The notes beneath the pieces are model-generated. The model made no database searches. It saw only the letters and a program-made list of their open reading frames with translations, and had not been told where the DNA came from. Shown here in pieces: positions 63,900-64,000 of a DNA stretch of 64,000 bases (positions are counted from its first letter, which is position 1; each line of letters opens with the position of its first letter). The stretch lies in NCBI RefSeq assembly GCF_006345805.1, contig NC_042998.1, positions 203,856,001-203,920,000 on the forward strand, written 5' to 3'. Origin of the DNA: Octopus sinensis (lineage: Eukaryota). The translations under genes were made by a program, and so were the position numbers.

Positions 63900-64000
63900 A
63901 GGCGCAGAGGTGGCTGTGTGGTAAGTAGCTTGCTTACTAACCAAATGGTTCTGAGTTCAGTCCCACTGGGTGGCACCTTGGCCTGACCAAAGCTTTGTGA
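63900..64000 (+). mobile_element. SINE-A head running off the window
   Basis: ggcgcagaggtggctgtgtggtaagtagc... Confidence 0.8.

Overview
This is AT-rich, microsatellite-saturated eukaryotic DNA, most likely Octopus; that call is an inference from tRNA-derived SINEs resembling the octopus OK/OR families and from the repeat landscape. I recognise no intact host protein-coding gene, tRNA, rRNA or CRISPR array, and nearly all ORFs in the track are microsatellite or transposon read-throughs. The window is layered transposon debris: a near full-length R4/Dong-type RLE retrotransposon (1-3690) with further copies and relatives sitting in (TAA)n tracts, CR1, RTE, Penelope-like (PLE) and mariner fragments, Helentron-like non-autonomous elements, and dozens of SINEs. 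The main find is about 13 type I hammerhead ribozyme motifs tied to PLE-derived, often fold-back, repeats. They have palindromic stem III and fall into three recurrent core classes: canonical CUGANGA, a compensatory U3-A8 core (UUGANAA) and a C4 core (CCGANGA). Secondary finds are a ~555-bp non-coding (TAA)n-targeting passenger alternating with R4 3' ends, a covarying 3' stem-loop shared by a CR1 LINE and the dominant SINE, modular head/tail swapping among SINEs, and SINE-internal microsatellites acting as landing pads. All structures were folded and aligned by eye. Coordinates of decayed repeats are approximate (about +/-20 bp).
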